From positions 512,001-576,000 of the forward strand of contig JBBCJC010000002.1 in assembly GCA_037189525.1 (NCBI GenBank): DNA of 64,000 nt. The letters are read 5' to 3'. This document shows positions 59,329-64,000 of the stretch, one piece after another (within the stretch, counting starts at the first letter, position 1; each line of letters opens with the position of its first letter). The position numbers were made by a program, and so were the translations under genes. The DNA is from Gemmatimonadales bacterium (GTDB taxonomy: Bacteria > Gemmatimonadota > Gemmatimonadetes > Gemmatimonadales > GWC2-71-9). The notes below the pieces were generated by a model. It did no database searches. It was given only the letters and a program-made list of their open reading frames with translations, and was not told where the DNA came from.

Positions 59329-62300
59329 TCACGGACGAGCGGGCTCCGACGGCACGGCCGCCAAGGCGGACAGGGCCGGTCCTAACTGCTGGAAGATGTG
59401 AGCCGGTAGCGAGCTGGTGAAGCTGAAGTCGTCGGCCTCCGCACCAAGCACGAACGCCGTCAGCACGCCGTAGAAGCGGTCGCCCACGAAGAAGACCAGG
59501 GTCGAGGTCCGATTGAGCGCGCGGTCCTCGACGACGCGGCCTCCCTGTCCGAAGACCCGGAACCGGTTGTTCCCCGTTCCGGTCTTGGCACCGATCGGCA
59601 GAGGCTTTCCGTCCGGGGCTTTCACGGTCCCCAATGCGCGGCGACCGGTACCGCGTTCCACCACATCGATCATGGTCCGACGCACCACTGCCGTGAGCTC
59701 GGGGGAGAGCAGTCGTTCGCCGGGCGCCGCGGGTCGCCGCAGCACGGTGGCGAACGGTGTGTCGTCGGCCAGGCGAAGTTCCACGACCCGGGTCGATGCC
59801 TGCCGCACGCCGTCGTTGATCAGGATGCCGACCAGTTCGGCGAGCTGATCGGGGCGATCTGCCGAGCTACCGATGGCGGTCGCGTACGACGGGACCAGCG
59901 ACGCAAACGGATATCCCAGCCGCTTCCAGCGGGCGTGCACTTCGAAAAATGCCTCGATTTCGAGAATCGATCGGATCCGCTGATCCTGGGCCTGGGTACG
60001 CCGGGTCGAGAAGAGCCACTGGTACACGTCCTGGCGAACGGTACGGCTCGAGTCCATCACCTCGGTGCGGGTGGCGTCGGGGTGCCGGAGTTTGAACTCC
60101 ACCAGCCAGAGTTCGAGCGGGTGGATCCCCGCCAGGAAGCTGCGATCGACCAGCGAGAAGCTGGCGGGGTTGGCCCGGTCGAACACTTCCCGGATATGCG
60201 CCGGCGAGAGACGCATCTCCTCGCCGAGCGTGGCCTGGAGAAAGCGGGTAAAGGCCGAAACGTCTTCGGCGGGAGCCACGACGCGGAAAATCCAGGCCAG
60301 CCGCTGTGGAGACAGGGAGCGGTTCTGAACCAGGCCTGCCAGGGCGGAGTCGCGGGTCGTCCAGTCGTGTTTGCGCAGGAACTGATCGAGAAACTGGCGT
60401 CCTTCGCGATCGGCGAATCGGGCCAGATACTCCTGGCGTCGCGGATCGGATCGATCGCTCAGGACGCCGGGGGCCGGATGACCCGGTAACCGGTTCATGT
60501 GATACTGGACGATGTCTCGCATCATCCGGATGAACGGCAGGTTGATCGAATGCCGGAACGCCTCGCGGACCGTGACGGCCTGGTTGTCGAAGGTCGACTC
60601 GAAATTCCGAAAGGTGTGGAGACCCCCGCCAGTCATGAAACGCTCTCGCGGGCTCGCCGAATAACGCCGATCCATCGCGGCTTCGAGCAACTCGGGCACG
60701 GTTGCCTTGGGCCGGGCGGCCACGAACTGGCGGACCCAGACGGTCAGCGGATCGCCCGGGCGATGCGTAGCCGTGCGCGCCGAGTCGGAGGTGAGGTCGG
60801 CGTGGAGGAGCTCGATGGTTTCGAGATAGGTGATCAAGGTGCGCAGCTTGGCGGTCGACCCCAGCTCGAGCTTGGCGCCTTCGATCGGGCTGAACGGGCC
60901 GTCGACGTTGTCGGCCTGAATCCGGACCACATTGCCGTTGGGCGTTCGTTCGTAGAGCAGGAAGGCGTAGTGCACCTTGGCCGGGTCGCCGCGCTGCAGC
61001 AGCCGGTATCCGGAGAGCCCGGCGGACGCGATGTAGGCGCTGTCCTGGAGCTTGAGCAACATGTCCGTGACGGCCGTCTGCGCCGCGCCGTCGAAGGTGG
61101 TCCGGGCTGTGGCGTCGTAGCGATCGAGCTGATAGAACGCAGGGACTCGGCCGGTGGTGAGCAGTTCCGTGCGAACCGCGTTGACGGCTTTGCGTTCGAT
61201 GAAGGACGGCGTCTGCCGCTCCGGCGCCCGGAGATTCGGGCGTGTCGCGCCTTCGCGCGCGGCATCCCGGAGCGCGGACGAGATGACCCCTTCGCGAGCC
61301 AGCAGATCCAGATAGCGATCTGCGCGCCTTTCGAGCGCGTCGATGCCCGCATCGTCGGTCAGGAAATATGACGGGCGCTGCACGGCCATGATCAGGTTCA
61401 GCACATGGCGATAGGCTCGGCCGTGTCGTGCCGGATGCGGCGCGATGGTCGAATCCGCCGCTTCGCGCAGGTACCGATTGATGTCTTCGAAGTTGGCGCC
61501 GAACCAGGCCCAGAGTCCGTCGCCCAGACCGGTGACTTCGCCGTAGCCCGCGATACCGGCGAGCGGCATCGAGTTGAGATAGCTGGTGACGATTTCCTGG
61601 CGGGCTTTCATCGTGTTGGTGCCGTCCAGATACGCCCGGTAGGACGCGGACTCCATCTGCAGCAGCTTGTCGGTCGGCGATAGAGTCCGCCCCTCCGACG
61701 CATGACGGAACTTCTCGAGTTGCGTGGCCAGCGTACTGGCGCCGGCGACCGAACCGTCGCGCCCCAGCCGTCGGCCACCGAGACCGGCGGCGGCGCGAAT
61801 TAGCCGCTGCCAATCGACCGCAGGATTCCGCTGCGGAGTGGCGGAGTCGAGCAGGGTACGATTTTCGACGAAGAGCAGCGTTCGCCAGACCAGGTCGGGG
61901 ATCGAATCGAAGTCGGGGTAGCCGCGGTCGGGGTAGCGTCCGTCGAACATGACGAGACCGCTCCGATCGAGGATACGAAGCCCGGCCTGATCCTTGGCGT
62001 GATAGATGGGTGAGAGACCGCGATCCATCAGGGAGGCGAATCGCTCGGTCACCCGTGCCTGGCTGTCGATCGCAAAACCGGAGGCTACGAACGCTTCGGT
62101 CAGCTCGGGGATTTTGCTGTAACCGTAGCGGAGATCGTACGGACCCTGGCCGGGAAACCGGATGGACGGGCTGGGCCCCGCGTCCATCGCAAACCCCAGT
62201 TCCCGCCCGCGCTCGGCAAAGAACCGGGACTGGAAGAACGAGGTCCGAAACTCGATTGCAGCCACGATGCCGCCGAGCAGGAACAGCACTGCTATGATGG

Positions 62301-62355
62301 CAATGGCGTACCAGAGCCATCGCCGGCGGGCAGGCTTGGTGCGTGTGGCGTTCAT
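59329..62355 (-). CDS. Bifunctional transglycosylase/transpeptidase-like penicillin-binding protein (class A-like)
   Basis: N-terminal TM; GT51 motifs (LLFVENR, GASTLATQLEK, YLNSMP); transpeptidase motifs STAK, SIN and KTGT. Confidence 0.85.
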   Translation of the reverse strand: MNATRTKPARRRWLWYAIAIIAVLFLLGGIVAAIEFRTSFFQSRFFAERGRELGFAMDAGPSPSIRFPGQGPYDLRYGYSKIPELTEAFVASGFAIDSQARVTERFASLMDRGLSPIYHAKDQAGLRILDRSGLVMFDGRYPDRGYPDFDSIPDLVWRTLLFVENRTLLDSATPQRNPAVDWQRLIRAAAGLGGRRLGRDGSVAGASTLATQLEKFRHASEGRTLSPTDKLLQMESASYRAYLDGTNTMKARQEIVTSYLNSMPLAGIAGYGEVTGLGDGLWAWFGANFEDINRYLREAADSTIAPHPARHGRAYRHVLNLIMAVQRPSYFLTDDAGIDALERRADRYLDLLAREGVISSALRDAAREGATRPNLRAPERQTPSFIERKAVNAVRTELLTTGRVPAFYQLDRYDATARTTFDGAAQTAVTDMLLKLQDSAYIASAGLSGYRLLQRGDPAKVHYAFLLYERTPNGNVVRIQADNVDGPFSPIEGAKLELGSTAKLRTLITYLETIELLHADLTSDSARTATHRPGDPLTVWVRQFVAARPKATVPELLEAAMDRRYSASPRERFMTGGGLHTFRNFESTFDNQAVTVREAFRHSINLPFIRMMRDIVQYHMNRLPGHPAPGVLSDRSDPRRQEYLARFADREGRQFLDQFLRKHDWTTRDSALAGLVQNRSLSPQRLAWIFRVVAPAEDVSAFTRFLQATLGEEMRLSPAHIREVFDRANPASFSLVDRSFLAGIHPLELWLVEFKLRHPDATRTEVMDSSRTVRQDVYQWLFSTRRTQAQDQRIRSILEIEAFFEVHARWKRLGYPFASLVPSYATAIGSSADRPDQLAELVGILINDGVRQASTRVVELRLADDTPFATVLRRPAAPGERLLSPELTAVVRRTMIDVVERGTGRRALGTVKAPDGKPLPIGAKTGTGNNRFRVFGQGGRVVEDRALNRTSTLVFFVGDRFYGVLTAFVLGAEADDFSFTSSLPAHIFQQLGPALSALAAVPSEPARP

Positions 62356-62507
62356 GCGGCGACGAGTTCTCTGGTGCGCACGTGAGCGATTGGCGGAACC
62401 TAACAGCGAACCGATGTTGCTAGAAGGGTGCCGGAAATGTGAAGAGCGGCTCCGTCAGGTCTGCTGACGGGGCCGCTCTTCATGTGATGCGGATTGGATT
62501 GGTGTCG

Positions 62508-63875
62508 CTAGCCGGCGAACGGCGTATCAGGCTGCGGAAACCGCCACCGTTCGCCGCGTTCCAGGGCATCCAGTTGCAGAAAGAAGGTGCCGACGCCTGC
62601 CGCGCCCTGCATGAATCCGGTTTGCGCAACCAGATTCTCCGGTTGTGTCCGATTCTCGGCCTGAATCCAGTACAAGCCGGCATCGTCGGTGCGACCGGCG
62701 CGACGCATCGTGTCATCGACCAGACGCTTCATGAAGGCGCTGGCCGTCGGGGTGCGATGGTATCGCGCCAGATCGATGCAGTACTGTGCAACACCGATGT
62801 GGCCGCAGCACTGGCTGATGTTATTCCAGTATCCGGTGGTACGCTGTTCCGGAATGCCCGAGACCATGACGCCTTTGGTCAACCCATCGATCCAACCGGT
62901 CCATCGCGGATCGGGCGCCGCCTGGTTGAGCTGATAAAACAGCCGCGCCGTTCCGGTCGGACCGTGGCACCAGCTCAGGTAGTAGCGGTCCTGTCCCCCG
63001 TTTTCGTTGTGAAAGATCAGGGTGGCGCCATCCCGGCGGGTTGCAATGGCATCGAGGTAGCGAACGCCCTCGAGTGCTGCATTCAGAAAGGCGCGCTCTC
63101 CGGTGTGACGGTAGAGTGAGGCAAGGAAGTAGGCCACACCCGCGGTGCCGTGCGAAAAGTTCGGGAAGTTGACGCGGCGCGAGTCGCTCATGTGCCACAT
63201 CCGGCCGCCCTCCGCGGGCACCCCGGCTGCAATCAGGCGATGGCCGGCTTTGGCCGCGAGCGCCACCAGGGCAGGATCGTTCCAGGCCCGGCCGGCTTCG
63301 AGCAGAAAGAGCCCGGTGCCGGCGCCGCCACCGACGATGTCATGGACATCGGACCATTCGACTCCACCGTTCGCCTGTCGCGCGGTCCGGGCCAGCAATG
63401 CAGCTGCTTGCCGCGCATGGGCGGCGTAGCGTTCGCCGCCGCCGGCCCGGGCCACCGTATCGAAGGTGTAGCCCAGCCCGGCGAGTCCGACGTAGAGGCC
63501 GGCGCCCAGGTCGTCGGGGTTGCGAGCCATCTGGTGCGCCAGATAATCGCCGCCGCCGCGGGCACGCTCGAGCCAGCGGGCGTCTCCGGACGCGGCATGA
63601 AGCGCGGCGTAGAACGCCACGACACCCGGCATCCCGTTATAGAAGTCGGTGCTGACCGATTCAGGCTTGAGCGGATCGGCCGGCCAGGCCAGACCATGTT
63701 CGGTCGTCTGGGTGCTGCGATCGATCCAGCGGGCGCATTGCACCGCGAGGTCGAGATAGGGTTGCGCCGAGCGCCCGCGGCGAAGCCGAATCTCGGCCAC
63801 GGCAGACGCGGGCAGCCCCAGCGTGGCAGCGGCCAGCGCACCACGCGACAGGAATTCGCGACGATCGAACGACAT
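62508..63875 (-). CDS. Tat-exported lanthionine synthetase C-like (LanC-like) protein
   Basis: DRREFL twin-arginine signal; repeated GxxG loops (YNGMPG, YVGLAG, FSHGTAG, WCHGPTG, QCCGHIG, MQGAAG); GAGGAG RBS. Confidence 0.88.
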   Translation of the reverse strand: MSFDRREFLSRGALAAATLGLPASAVAEIRLRRGRSAQPYLDLAVQCARWIDRSTQTTEHGLAWPADPLKPESVSTDFYNGMPGVVAFYAALHAASGDARWLERARGGGDYLAHQMARNPDDLGAGLYVGLAGLGYTFDTVARAGGGERYAAHARQAAALLARTARQANGGVEWSDVHDIVGGGAGTGLFLLEAGRAWNDPALVALAAKAGHRLIAAGVPAEGGRMWHMSDSRRVNFPNFSHGTAGVAYFLASLYRHTGERAFLNAALEGVRYLDAIATRRDGATLIFHNENGGQDRYYLSWCHGPTGTARLFYQLNQAAPDPRWTGWIDGLTKGVMVSGIPEQRTTGYWNNISQCCGHIGVAQYCIDLARYHRTPTASAFMKRLVDDTMRRAGRTDDAGLYWIQAENRTQPENLVAQTGFMQGAAGVGTFFLQLDALERGERWRFPQPDTPFAG

Positions 63876-63907
63876 CGGGGTCTCCTCGCTCTTCCGCAAT
63901 TTCAGGG

Positions 63908-64000
63908 TCAGGGCCGGTAACCAGGGCCGCGCAAGACTCGGCCCGGCTTGGCACCGGTGAACTTACCCTGCTCGAATACTACCTGCCCGTTCACGATGAC
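63908..64000 (-). CDS. 3' end of an amidohydrolase, probably N-acyl-D-amino-acid deacylase (5' end outside the window)
   Basis: My translation of the minus strand is VIVNGQVVFEQGKFTGAKPGRVLRGPGYRP*, a typical D-aminoacylase C-terminus. Confidence 0.7.
   Translation of the reverse strand, partial: VIVNGQVVFEQGKFTGAKPGRVLRGPGYRP

Noticed and set aside
59867..62320. 817-aa alternative-frame ORF inside the PBP gene
   Set aside because: Arg/Pro/Gly-rich low-information sequence typical of off-frame GC-rich DNA.
41475..63875. Idea that the Cys-rich peptide is a lanthipeptide substrate of the LanC-like enzyme
   Set aside because: The genes are 21 kb apart with different base composition, there is no dehydratase, the precursor has a Sec-type signal and an even Cys count, and a disulfide oxidoreductase lies next to it.

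Overview
A 64-kb, GC-rich (roughly two-thirds GC by eye), gene-dense chromosomal window from a diderm bacterium. The mix of ADOP-type orphan permeases with PadR, a SusC/SusD pair, eukaryotic-like Ser/Thr kinases and many exported peptidases suggests Gemmatimonadota or a relative (inference). Core genes include hrpB (5'-truncated), a fatty-acid beta-oxidation pair, efp, lepB, a sahR-ahcY operon, ABC transporters and a class A-like PBP. I found no rRNA, tRNA, CRISPR array, integrase or transposase. Five things stand out. (1) A lower-GC three-gene island at ~39.2-41.9 kb, with its own promoter and terminator, encodes a beta-propeller-like lipoprotein, a membrane-anchored CxxC thioredoxin-fold protein and a signal-peptide-bearing 8-Cys peptide: a candidate secreted disulfide-rich peptide system. 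(2) Two head-to-head ~120-nt long hairpins at ~58.9-59.3 kb have divergent stems but share a gap-free 53-nt core, one in each 3' UTR of two convergent genes. (3) A translationally coupled beta-helix and membrane-protein pair lies at 10.7-15.3 kb. (4) A Tat-exported stand-alone LanC-like enzyme sits behind a D-aminoacylase-like gene. (5) EF-P carries Asn at the normally Lys/Arg loop tip. All calls rest on motifs read by eye; no database searches were run.
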